A stretch of 32,000 nt of DNA. It comes from Alkalilimnicola ehrlichii MLHE-1. Lineage in GTDB: Bacteria > Pseudomonadota > Gammaproteobacteria > Nitrococcales > Halorhodospiraceae. The stretch is taken from assembly GCF_000014785.1 (NCBI RefSeq), contig NC_008340.1, positions 870,001 through 902,000 of the forward strand. The letters run 5' to 3'. Position 1 is the first letter of the stretch. Each line of letters begins with the position of its first letter. Shown here piece after piece: positions 8,948-17,449 of this stretch. Position numbers and translations under genes: made by a program. The notes beneath the pieces were generated by a model that saw only the letters and a program-made list of their open reading frames with translations, was not told the DNA's origin and did not search any database.

Positions 8948-10282
8948 ATGCCCGCCAAAACACTGGACACCAGCATTACTGATGCCGCCACCCGGCGCTT
9001 CCTGAAGAATGAGCCGGAGCGGGCAACCTTATGGTGTGAGCGGATTACCGGGTTTCACATACTCAAGGTAAAGACCGGGGGCAGTTGGCGGTATCGGTAT
9101 CAGACCGCAGACGGTAAGCGCCGCGTGGCCACCATCGGGCGCTATCCGGCCATGAAACCGCAGCAGGCCGCCGAGAAGGCACTAGCCTGGCGCAATGAGA
9201 ACGTGGACGCGCTGGCAGTAAAGGCCAAACGCACCCGCAATGCCTTGACCGAAGCGCAGAAGGCCGAGCAACGCACGCTGCGGGCCTATCTCGAAGGGCC
9301 GTACGCTAGGTACCAGGAGCGCAAGCGCAGCGGCGCGGAAACCCTGCGCCTCATTCGGCACAACTTCACCGACTGGCTAGACCGGGACATGGCCACGTTG
9401 GACAGCGCAGACGTGAAGGCGTGGCAGGCCAAGCGTGAAGCCGAGGGCCGGGCATACTCCACGCTGCAACGCGCCTATGGTGCGCTGAAAACGGCCCTGA
9501 ACCGCGCCGCGAAACATGACGACCTGCTAGACGCGAACCCCCTGCGAGATGTTCACCTTGAGGCCCCACGGTTTGACGAGGTGGACAAGCAGGTAAAAGC
9601 GGAGCAGACCGCCCGCCGCCTGCTGAGTGACGAGGAAGTGACCGGGCTGCATGAGGGCTTGCGAGCCTTTGCGGATGAGTTGCGCCGCCAGCGCCGTAAC
9701 AGCCGAGCGCATGGCAAGCCGGATCTGCCCGACCTGGACGCGGTGGACTACCCGCATTGGTTTATTCCTTTCTGCCACGTTGCCCTTTATACCGGACTGC
9801 GACCGGGTGACTTGTACGCGCTCACCTGGGCGGAGCTGAACCCCACGTTCGGGCGGCTGAACGTGATTCCTCAGAAAACCCGTCACCACCGCAACCCCGC
9901 CCGCGTGACAATGGATTTAGTGCCGGAGTTGCTGGAGGTGGTGCGGGCCTGGTGGGCGCAGCAGGGCAAGCCTGACACCGGGCTAGTGTTCCCCTCACCC
10001 GTTACCGGCTTGCGGATGGACAAGAAAGCCCACCTGAAAGCCTGGCGACGTGTGAAGCGCCTTGGTGGGCTGCCCGACGATCTGGACTTCTACACCTTGC
10101 GGCACAACTTTATTTCCAAGCTGGTGGCCGCTGGCGTGCCCCTGCTGACAGTGGCGCAACTGGTGGGCCACAAATCGGCGGGGATGATCGAACAACATTA
10201 CGGCGACCTGTGCCCCACCGTAGCGGCTGATGCGTTGGCCGTGTTTTCCAAGTCTGTGACACCGAAGCAGGAGGCGGTATGA
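8948..10282 (+). CDS. int: Tyrosine-type integrase, P4-like (DUF4102 N-terminal domain)
   Basis: N-terminal RYRYQTADGKRRVATIGRYPAMKPQQAAEKAL; catalytic features TGLRPGDLYALTWAELN, FYTLRHNFISKL, LVGHKSAGMIEQHYG. ATG 8948 chosen because the longer start (8876) reads through the repeat motif. Confidence 0.95.
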   Translation: MPAKTLDTSITDAATRRFLKNEPERATLWCERITGFHILKVKTGGSWRYRYQTADGKRRVATIGRYPAMKPQQAAEKALAWRNENVDALAVKAKRTRNALTEAQKAEQRTLRAYLEGPYARYQERKRSGAETLRLIRHNFTDWLDRDMATLDSADVKAWQAKREAEGRAYSTLQRAYGALKTALNRAAKHDDLLDANPLRDVHLEAPRFDEVDKQVKAEQTARRLLSDEEVTGLHEGLRAFADELRRQRRNSRAHGKPDLPDLDAVDYPHWFIPFCHVALYTGLRPGDLYALTWAELNPTFGRLNVIPQKTRHHRNPARVTMDLVPELLEVVRAWWAQQGKPDTGLVFPSPVTGLRMDKKAHLKAWRRVKRLGGLPDDLDFYTLRHNFISKLVAAGVPLLTVAQLVGHKSAGMIEQHYGDLCPTVAADALAVFSKSVTPKQEAV

Positions 10283-10797
10283 CGGCAGGATGGGCAACCC
10301 CGTTTAACTGGACGGATGAGCAGGCCCGCGAAGTGGTGGCGGAGGTTGGCGAGCGCACGGGCACGCAGGAGCAGCGGGAGCAGTTCGCCCGCGCAGTGGG
10401 AGCAGTGCTGAAGCGCGGCCAAACGCGGCTGTTTATGCCCGACCTGGCAGGCCAGGCCAAGGGCATGCACCAGGGGGCAGCCACGGTACTAGAATCGCTC
10501 AACGCCGAAGCGGCTGACCTTACCGACGAGGAAGCCGACCAGTTGCGTGCGCTGGTGGCTAAGGTGGCGGAGGCCACAGCCGAGGCGGGCACGATGGAGC
10601 GGCGGGGAGCCAGCAAGAAAGACCACCAGACCCTAGCCGAGCTGGCGCAGGTATGGCGCTTTGCGTTCGGGCGCTGGCCAAGTGCCAAGCCCACCGCCCC
10701 CTTCATGCGCGTGGTGCTGTGGATCAATGCACGAAATTACGCCGATCTGCCGACCGGAAACGGCGCTAAGGCTTATATCGGCCAGGGGACCAAATAA
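10279..10797 (+). CDS. Hypothetical element protein
   Basis: ATGA overlap with the int stop; 172 codons in the same direction; no recognised family. Confidence 0.6.
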   Translation: MTAGWATPFNWTDEQAREVVAEVGERTGTQEQREQFARAVGAVLKRGQTRLFMPDLAGQAKGMHQGAATVLESLNAEAADLTDEEADQLRALVAKVAEATAEAGTMERRGASKKDHQTLAELAQVWRFAFGRWPSAKPTAPFMRVVLWINARNYADLPTGNGAKAYIGQGTK

Positions 10798-10840
10798 ATA
10801 ATTTTTTCCGGTGACGCCCGTTTTTCCGCCCCTTAGTTCA

Positions 10841-10871
10841 ATGGCCCTACGTTCACAAACGCGAGGGCCAT
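10841..10871. promoter_or_regulatory. 8-bp inverted repeat immediately upstream of the alpA-like gene
   Basis: ATGGCCCT (10841-10848) ... AGGGCCAT (10864-10871), 5 bp before ATG 10876. Confidence 0.45.
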
Positions 10872-10875
10872 ATTC

Positions 10876-11064
10876 ATGTCAGCACAACCCGCCTTTATGC
10901 GGCCACAACAGGCCGCCGATTACCTGGGCATTACGCGCCGCCACCTGTACAACATCGCGGAGCGTGACCCCGAGTTTCCCCGCAAGATTGTATTTTCTAC
11001 CCGCTGCGTAGGGTGGCGCCGGGAAGCCATCGACGAATGGCTAGCCGCCAAGGAGGCGGAATGA
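10876..11064 (+). CDS. AlpA/excisionase-like helix-turn-helix protein
   Basis: MRPQQAADYLGITRRHLYNIAERDPEFPRKIVFSTRCVGWRREAIDEWLAAKEAE, typical AlpA/MerR-like HTH layout. Confidence 0.85.
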   Translation: MSAQPAFMRPQQAADYLGITRRHLYNIAERDPEFPRKIVFSTRCVGWRREAIDEWLAAKEAE

Positions 11065-11255
11065 CCTGGATCACCCCCCACGCTGCCGTGTCCGAATACG
11101 GCATCCCCTTGGAGCGTATCGAGGCCGCCATTCTGGCCGGTGAAATAGCCGTTCGGGTGGCGTGCGGTGCGCGGGTGATTGGCCGCGCCGAGGTGGAAGC
11201 GCTTCGATTGAAAATGATGAGCGAACGCCGGGAGGCGTGCGACGGATGCGACTAG
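11061..11255 (+). CDS. Small DNA-binding-like hypothetical protein
   Basis: MTWITPHAAVSEYGIPLERIEAAILAGEIAVRVACGARVIGRAEVEALR, helix-turn-helix-like; overlaps both neighbours by a few bases. Confidence 0.6.
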   Translation: MTWITPHAAVSEYGIPLERIEAAILAGEIAVRVACGARVIGRAEVEALRLKMMSERREACDGCD

Positions 11256-13249
11256 TAAATGAAAACGCCCCCGCCGGCGGGCAACCGGCGAAGGGCGCAA
11301 ATGTGAGCGGGCGGCTCAATGGGAATTATAGCAGCACCGACACCGCCGCGCATCTTGCCGAAAACGGTATTCCGGTATTCCCGGTAAACCTGTCCGAGCC
11401 GAATGCAGACGGGAAACGGGAAAAGACCCCGTTAACAAAGCATGGCCATCTCGACGCCACAACAGACGCCGAAACGGTGCGGCAATGGTGGCGGCGTTGG
11501 CCGAAAGCTATACCCGCTGTTCCGACTGGGAAGGCATCCGGCATTGATGCCCTGGACGTAGACCCCGACGGTTACGAATGGGCCGCCGAGCATTCCGATT
11601 CACTGATGATGGCCCAGCGCATTCACCACACTGAGCGCGGAAAGCATTACCTGTTTCGACACACCGATGGCGTGCGCAATTCCAACGGGAAGATTAGCGC
11701 CGGTATCGATGTGCGCGGGGAAGGCGGGTGGATCGTCTGGTGGCCTGCAAAGGGCCTAGAAGCGCATGGAGAGCTTGCAGACGTATCCGACGCACCCGAA
11801 GCCCTTGCCGATCTGATGCGTGGCGTGCGGAGCAGCACAGAGCGTGACAGCGCTCCTGTTGCTGCCGATGGGGCCGTGATTCCCGAGGGCCAACGGGATA
11901 GCACCTTGACACGGGAGGCCGGGCGACTGCGCCGGTATGGCTACAGCGAATCGGAAATGCTGGCCGCGTTGCACGCGATCAACTCCCACCGTTGCCAGCC
12001 GCCGCTAGACGCCGATCAAGTGGAGAAGATTGCCCGAAGCGTTGGCCGATACGATCCGGCGCATGAGTTCACGCCAGACAGCGATGAACCGGCCAGCCCT
12101 GAGCCGTTCGACCTTGTGGCGGCCAGTGTGGGCGATCTGATACGCACGCCACCGCCGCCCCGCCGTTGGCTGGTGCATGAGCGCCTGCCGCTGGACGTGG
12201 TGGCCCTGCTGGCGGCTGCTGGCGGTACGGGTAAGAGCATGGCCACCTTGCAGCTCGCGGTGAGCACCGCCACCGGCTGGCCTTGGTTCGATATGGAGAT
12301 CAGCGAGCCGGGGGCGGTGCTGATGGTGTCGGCAGAGGATGACCGCGACGAAATCCACCGCCGCCTGTCCGTGGTGCTGGAGCATTACGCCGACGATGCC
12401 GACCCGTTCGCCGTTGACGCGTTCAGCGAGTACCACGACCAGCTAGAGCGCCGCCTGTTCATTCTGGACAGGGTGGGCGAGGACAACCGCCTAACCGCCA
12501 AGATCGACCGGGAGACGTTGCGCACGGGGTTTGCCAATCGGGTGATTGCCACCGCCGAGGCGATGCCCGAGCCGCCCGTGATGATCGTGCTTGATCCCCT
12601 GAGCCGGTTCGATGGTGGCGACCCGAACGACAACAGCGACGGAACCCGCTTGATCGAGGCCGCCGAGCATATCCGCAAGGCCACGCGGGCAACCGTGCTG
12701 CTACCCCACCACGTCGCCAAGTCCAGCATGAAGGATTCCAGCGCCGGACAGGAGGCCGTGCGCGGTGCGTCGGGCCTGGTGGATGGTGCCCGGTGGGTGG
12801 GCCTGATGCGCGGGATGAATGACGAGGACGCGAAGGAGCACGGGATCAGCGAGGACGATGCCGGGCGCTATGTGCGCTTCAACACCCCGAAAGCCAACTA
12901 TTCCGCCCCGTGGCCCGGTCTGTGGCTGGAGCGGCGCAAGGGTGGGGTGTTGGCGGCCACGCACCTGAAGCCGCAAAAACTGGCCAACAAGGAGCGCAAG
13001 GCCGATGCGGAATATCAGGAGGTGGTGCGCCGTATCACCAAGCTGTTGCAGGACAAGGGGGCGATGCCCAAGCGCCGGATTGAGGACGAATGGGGCGGGA
13101 CAACCAACGTCTTGAAGGCCGGGCAAAAGCGCGTGCGCGACACCATCCACCGGGCGCTAGACGAGGGGCATCTCGTGGTGCAGACCACCGGCGAGGGCAA
13201 GGAGGTTATTGGTGTCCCCGACGCCTGGTTAGAGAGGGCCGGGCAATGA
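11246..13249 (+). CDS. Bifunctional primase-polymerase (prim-pol N-terminus) with RepA-like AAA ATPase/helicase domain
   Basis: N-terminus HLAENGIPVFPVNL..KTPLTKHGHLDATTD..WRRWPKAIPAVPTG..GIDALDVD; Walker A AAAGGTGKSMATLQLA, Walker B-like PVMIVLDPLSRF, LLPHHVAKSSMKD. ATG 11246 is the plausible start. Confidence 0.88.
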   Translation: MRLVNENAPAGGQPAKGANVSGRLNGNYSSTDTAAHLAENGIPVFPVNLSEPNADGKREKTPLTKHGHLDATTDAETVRQWWRRWPKAIPAVPTGKASGIDALDVDPDGYEWAAEHSDSLMMAQRIHHTERGKHYLFRHTDGVRNSNGKISAGIDVRGEGGWIVWWPAKGLEAHGELADVSDAPEALADLMRGVRSSTERDSAPVAADGAVIPEGQRDSTLTREAGRLRRYGYSESEMLAALHAINSHRCQPPLDADQVEKIARSVGRYDPAHEFTPDSDEPASPEPFDLVAASVGDLIRTPPPPRRWLVHERLPLDVVALLAAAGGTGKSMATLQLAVSTATGWPWFDMEISEPGAVLMVSAEDDRDEIHRRLSVVLEHYADDADPFAVDAFSEYHDQLERRLFILDRVGEDNRLTAKIDRETLRTGFANRVIATAEAMPEPPVMIVLDPLSRFDGGDPNDNSDGTRLIEAAEHIRKATRATVLLPHHVAKSSMKDSSAGQEAVRGASGLVDGARWVGLMRGMNDEDAKEHGISEDDAGRYVRFNTPKANYSAPWPGLWLERRKGGVLAATHLKPQKLANKERKADAEYQEVVRRITKLLQDKGAMPKRRIEDEWGGTTNVLKAGQKRVRDTIHRALDEGHLVVQTTGEGKEVIGVPDAWLERAGQ

Positions 13250-13459
13250 GCGGGCAGCGGGCAAGCAACGGGCAACGGGCAAGCGGGCAAATTGCCCGCC
13301 GGAAGTGCCTGCCCGCCTTAGAGCGCACAACCACGCGGGTTTCCAGCGGGCAACGGGCAAAACCCTACTTTGCCCGCGCCTATCGGGAAACCCGCGCCAC
13401 ACAAGGGCGGGCAGCGGGCAACGGGCAACCCCCTACGGGGGCGGGGCAGTAATTGCCCG
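13240..13459. repeat. Iteron-like array of CGGGCAA heptamers (candidate replication origin)
   Basis: CGGGCAA at 13240, 13258, 13269, 13276, 13284, 13347, 13354, 13415, 13422; inverse TTGCCCG at 13292, 13370, 13453; three copies of the 14-mer CGGGCAACGGGCAA at 13269, 13347, 13415. Confidence 0.7.
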
Positions 13460-13532
13460 CCCCAACGGGTTGCGGCCTGAAAGCGCCGCAATACCCCCGG
13501 TGGTTCATGGATCAACTGATGAGGAACACCCC

Positions 13533-13727
13533 ATGCGAAACGACGAAGGCACCACCCTGGCCGCGCAGATCCTTGTGCAGATCGAGCAGGCGCAGTTAGC
13601 AGGCGTTCACCCCCATGACGTGACGCGGGCACTGTCCGCCACGCTGATGGAGACAACGGCGAAGGGAGACGAGGACCGGGTGGCATCGGTGCTGCGGGCA
13701 ACGGCGGATGCACTGGTGAGGCGGTGA
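13533..13727 (+). CDS. Small hypothetical element protein
   Basis: MRNDEGTTLAAQILVQIEQAQLAGVHPHDVTRALSATLMETTAKGDEDRVASVLRATADALVRR; internal start of the 13305-13727 ORF, chosen because the upstream part overlaps the repeat array and has non-protein-like composition. Confidence 0.55.
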   Translation: MRNDEGTTLAAQILVQIEQAQLAGVHPHDVTRALSATLMETTAKGDEDRVASVLRATADALVRR

Positions 13728-13889
13728 AGGTGTTACGAAAGGTAACGCTTGCGCTCGAATCAGCCGCCGGTGGCGGGGCAGGGAGGCCCTAGACCCCCAC
13801 AGAACGAAAGACCCGTACCCTAATGGGGTAGGGTTAGGGAATTGTAAGTACCTGTTTGTGAATGCAATAATGCCGCCACCGTGGTATGC

Positions 13890-13908
13890 TGTGACCAATA
13901 TGTGACCA
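13890..13908. promoter_or_regulatory. Central paired TGGTCACA site (reverse orientation) upstream of the packaging module
   Basis: TGTGACCA-ATA-TGTGACCA; reverse complement TGGTCACATATTGGTCACA matches the terminal sites TGGTCACAGATTGGTCACA at 18/19 positions. Confidence 0.65.
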
Positions 13909-13929
13909 CCAGCGGAAACTATCACGGCA

Positions 13930-14301
13930 ATGGGCACCACCACACAAGGCAAACCGCGCCAGATACCCCGGCAATACTCCAACGATTGGTTGGAGCGCCT
14001 GGACGGGCGCACGGCGATTGCCAAGGCGGTGAATGATCGCCTTCATCATTTGGTGCGTGACCTTGGAGGCCCCGACGCCCTCAGCTACCAGGAGCAAAGT
14101 ATCTGCCGCCGCATTGTCTGGCTGGAGGCGCAGATAGAAAGCCGGGAGGTGGCGCTAGCGAAGGGTGAGGATGTAGACGAGGCCCGCCACGTTGCCAACA
14201 TCAACACGCTTACCGGGTTGCTGAAGGCGGTGGGCCTGGAGCGCCGCTCGAAAGATGTGCCCGACCTTGCGCAATACCTGGCCAGCAAGGAGGCGGGCTA
14301 A
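13930..14301 (+). CDS. Hypothetical protein, position consistent with a small terminase or packaging-accessory protein
   Basis: 123 codons with helical composition, first gene of the run leading to the terminase; function inferred from position only. Confidence 0.5.
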   Translation: MGTTTQGKPRQIPRQYSNDWLERLDGRTAIAKAVNDRLHHLVRDLGGPDALSYQEQSICRRIVWLEAQIESREVALAKGEDVDEARHVANINTLTGLLKAVGLERRSKDVPDLAQYLASKEAG

Positions 14302-14537
14302 TGGTCATGTGCGCTGCCTGTAAGCACTTCCCCGGCAACGGCCAACTGTGTCCGAAGGCCAAGCGCCACGCCACGCACCACCCGCGCAAGTGTGACAAAT
14401 TCACCGGCCACCGCCTGAGCTTCGCGGTGCTGCAAGCCCGTTCCCTCGCCACGTTCGCCCGCCGCCACCTGACCCCGGCCAGTTACCAGCGGGTATTGCG
14501 CGATGCCCACCGTCTGGCGGAAGAGGTGAGGCGATGA
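14301..14537 (+). CDS. Small cysteine-rich (zinc-binding-like) protein
   Basis: MVMCAACKHFPGNGQLCPKAKRHATHHPRKCDKF, CxxC...C...C spacing; overlaps adjacent genes. Confidence 0.6.
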   Translation: MVMCAACKHFPGNGQLCPKAKRHATHHPRKCDKFTGHRLSFAVLQARSLATFARRHLTPASYQRVLRDAHRLAEEVRR

Positions 14538-16063
14538 CCAACATTGTCGAAGCCTTCACCGACCCGCAGTTGCTAGGCCAGTCGTTTGGCGAGGATACCC
14601 GCGAGGCTTGGCGTGCTGTCCTGTCAGGCGCGTTCGCCCTGCCGATGGATGATGACCGCCTTGCCCTGTTTAAGCGGCTGTCAGGCGACCGTGAGCCGCC
14701 TCAGCGGCAGGCGCGGGAGCTATGGGCAATCGCGGGTAGGCGGAGCGATAAGACCCATACCGCAGCCGGTATTGCCGTATACCTGGCGACCATCGGGGCG
14801 GAGCTGGACGGCACCCTGGCCCGCCTGACCGCTGGCGAGCGTGGTGTGGTTCAGTTGCTTGCGGTGGATCGCCAACAGGCCAAGGTTGCGCTTGGGTACG
14901 TTCGCGGCCTGTTCGCTGATAGCCCGGTCATGTCCAGCCTGGTGGAGAAGGAGAACACCGAGGGCGTTTTGCTCCGCAACGGCGTATCTATTGAGGTGGC
15001 CACCAACAGTCACCGGGCCGTGCGTGGGCGCACTCTGTTGGCGGCCATTCTGGACGAATGCGCCTTCTTCAAGGATGAGGCGACCGCAACCCCCGATGTA
15101 GAGGTTTACCGCGCCCTGGTGCCTTCTCTGGCGACCACCGGGGGCATGCTTGTCGGTATCTCCAGCCCCTACGCCCGCCGGGGGCTGCTCTACAGCAAGT
15201 GGCGCAAGCACTACGGCAAGCCCGGTGATGTGCTGGTGGTGCAGGGCGGAACACTGGACTTCAACCCCACCCTTGATCCCCGCGTTATCGCGGAGGCGGA
15301 GCAGGATGATCCCGAGGCGGCCAAAGCCGAATGGCATGGGCAATTCCGTGCTGATGTTGAGGGTTTTGTAACACGCGAGGCCGTAGACGCCTGCACCGCA
15401 CCGGGCCGCATTGAGCTACCGCCGGTGGCTGGCGAGCGGTACACGGCCTTCGTGGACCCGTCTGGTGGCTCCAAGGATGCGTTCACGCTGGCGATCGCCC
15501 ACCAGTCTGATGGGCTGACCGTGGTGGACGCTATCCGCGCTCAGAAACCGCCGTTCAGCCCGGAGGCGGTGGTTAAAGAGTTCGCCGGTCTGCTGAAGGA
15601 ATACAAGATCAGCAAGGTGGTGGGCGATCGTTACGGCGGTGAGTTTCCTCGCGAGCTGTTCCGAAAACAGGGCATTGCCTACAAGCTATCTGATCGGCCT
15701 AAGTCTGACCTGTATCGCGACATGCTCCCGTTGCTCAATTCTGGGCGCGTGGAGTTGCCGGACAATGGCCGATTGCAAAACGAATTGACGAGCCTGGAGC
15801 GGCGCACCAGCCGCGCCGGGAAAGACTCAATAGACCACCCGCCAAATGGCACCGACGATGTGGTTAACGCGGTGGCCGGGTGTATAATTGAGGCAGCAAA
15901 ACCCAAAGCCGTTCCCCGCGTGCGGCGGATGGGTGATTCGATCAGTTCCGGTTCCAATTCTGGTTCCAGCGTTCTGGATCGAATCGCGCAAGGTCAGAAA
16001 GCCAGCGGGAGGTTGGCGAGTACGCGCCGAAGTTTTCTGCGAGATGCAGACGGTTTCGGTTGA
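14534..16063 (+). CDS. Phage terminase large subunit
   Basis: ATPase start ELWAIAGRRSDKTHTAAGIAVYL, Walker B region TLLAAILDECAFF, motif III-like LVGISSPYARRGLLY, nuclease part TAFVDPSGGSKDAFTLAI...VVGDRYGG...HPPNGTDDVVNAVAG. Confidence 0.9.
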   Translation: MTNIVEAFTDPQLLGQSFGEDTREAWRAVLSGAFALPMDDDRLALFKRLSGDREPPQRQARELWAIAGRRSDKTHTAAGIAVYLATIGAELDGTLARLTAGERGVVQLLAVDRQQAKVALGYVRGLFADSPVMSSLVEKENTEGVLLRNGVSIEVATNSHRAVRGRTLLAAILDECAFFKDEATATPDVEVYRALVPSLATTGGMLVGISSPYARRGLLYSKWRKHYGKPGDVLVVQGGTLDFNPTLDPRVIAEAEQDDPEAAKAEWHGQFRADVEGFVTREAVDACTAPGRIELPPVAGERYTAFVDPSGGSKDAFTLAIAHQSDGLTVVDAIRAQKPPFSPEAVVKEFAGLLKEYKISKVVGDRYGGEFPRELFRKQGIAYKLSDRPKSDLYRDMLPLLNSGRVELPDNGRLQNELTSLERRTSRAGKDSIDHPPNGTDDVVNAVAGCIIEAAKPKAVPRVRRMGDSISSGSNSGSSVLDRIAQGQKASGRLASTRRSFLRDADGFG

Positions 16064-16104
16064 TTGATGAAAGCGGGTTTTCACTTCAACCGAGGTAACG
16101 AGTT

Positions 16105-17244
16105 ATGACGCATCAAGTGAAGGAAATGGTCGAGGGCGTGGCCCGAGACTTCGAGGGGTTTAAGTCCCGCCAGGATCAAGCCCTGTCCGACCTGGACGAG
16201 CGCGTGAAGCGTGCCGAGACCCTGGCCGCCCGCAAGGTGGGCATGACCGTGGACAGCGGCGCAGGCATGGGGCCGGAGACCAAGGCGGTACGCGAGTGGC
16301 TGCGTGGTGGCGACTTCGACCGCAAGGCCCTGAGCATCGAGGATGACGGCCAAGGCGTGACCGTGCGCAGCGATTGGGCGGATCAAATCTTTAAGAAGAT
16401 TCGCGAATCCAGCCCCGTCCGCCAGGTGGCTAATAACCTGTCCACCAATTCCAACGAATTGGAGGTTCTGGTTGACCGTGGTGAACCGGACTCAGCGTGG
16501 GTGGCTGAAAAGGGCGACCGCGATCCGACTGCCGCTAGTTTCATGTCTCGGCATAAGATCGCCGTGCATGAGCACTACTCGTATCCGAGCGTAACCCAGC
16601 AATTCCTGGAGGATAGCCGGCTCGACCTGGAGCAGTGGTTGCAGGATAAAATCGGCACCCGTTTCGGTCGGCAGGAAGCCGAATCCTTTATCAAGGGTGA
16701 CGGCAACGGCAAGCCTCGCGGCATTCTGGATTACGACACCGTGCCGGATGGTGATTTCGAGTGGGGCGCTGATCCTGCCGATTACACCATCGGGGCGATC
16801 TATACCGGCGAATCGGGTGACTTCCCGAGCAACAATCCCGATAACGTGCTCTACGATGTTGTGGACGCGCTCAAGTCGGATTACCTGGGCAATGCACGGT
16901 TCATGATGAGCCGCGCCACGATGAACAAAATTCGGAAGCTGCGGGATGGTGACGACCGTGCCTTGCTCCAGATGAGCCTGGCGGAAGGTCGGCCCAATAC
17001 CCTGCTGGGGTTCCCGGTGGTGATTGCCGAGGATATGCCGGACCCGGCGGCGGATTCCGAGTCGATCCTGTTCGGTGACTTCGGCCAGGCGTACACCATC
17101 GTTGACCGGATCGGGGTAAGCGTGCTGCGTGATCCCTACACCCTGCCCGGCTGGGTCCGCTGGTACGTCCGCAAGCGTATCGGCGGGGCGCTGACCAACC
17201 CCGAAGCCCTGAAGGCCGTGGTGTTCGGCAGCGAGCCGAGCTGA
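16105..17244 (+). CDS. HK97-fold phage major capsid protein
   Basis: N-terminal coiled coil (DFEGFKSRQDQALSDLDERVKRAETLAARK) then AVREWLRGGDFDRKALS..., VTQQFLEDSRLDLEQWLQDKIGTRFGRQEAESFIKGDGNGKPRGIL, FMMSRATMNKIRKLRD, LLGFPVVIAEDMPD, GDFGQAYTIVDRIGVSVLRDPYT. Confidence 0.92.
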   Translation: MTHQVKEMVEGVARDFEGFKSRQDQALSDLDERVKRAETLAARKVGMTVDSGAGMGPETKAVREWLRGGDFDRKALSIEDDGQGVTVRSDWADQIFKKIRESSPVRQVANNLSTNSNELEVLVDRGEPDSAWVAEKGDRDPTAASFMSRHKIAVHEHYSYPSVTQQFLEDSRLDLEQWLQDKIGTRFGRQEAESFIKGDGNGKPRGILDYDTVPDGDFEWGADPADYTIGAIYTGESGDFPSNNPDNVLYDVVDALKSDYLGNARFMMSRATMNKIRKLRDGDDRALLQMSLAEGRPNTLLGFPVVIAEDMPDPAADSESILFGDFGQAYTIVDRIGVSVLRDPYTLPGWVRWYVRKRIGGALTNPEALKAVVFGSEPS

Positions 17245-17399
17245 TGAACACCGCCCGCTCCCGAGGCGGCAATATCGGGAGAGTTCCCCGCAGCCACCGC
17301 GGCGGCGCAAGCCGACAGGGTGGACGCGGCAACGCCCTGGCCGTGTCTCAGAACAAGGGCGGGCGGTATGGTTCCACCGCTGCGAAGAGACGGACCCAC

Positions 17400-17433
17400 G
17401 CCCCCGAGCGAGAGGCTGCGGGGGCATCTTTTT
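17400..17433 (+). terminator. Putative terminator after the capsid gene
   Basis: GCCCCCGAGC...GCTGCGGGGGC stem followed by ATCTTTTT. Confidence 0.6.
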
Positions 17434-17449
17434 GTATGGAGGTGCAACC

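Noticed and set aside
13090-13452. Protein repeat SGQRA/NGQRA as a possible repeat-peptide gene
   Set aside because: It is produced by the CGGGCAA DNA repeats in a frame overlapping the primase/helicase gene; the 7-bp DNA period does not maintain a protein period.
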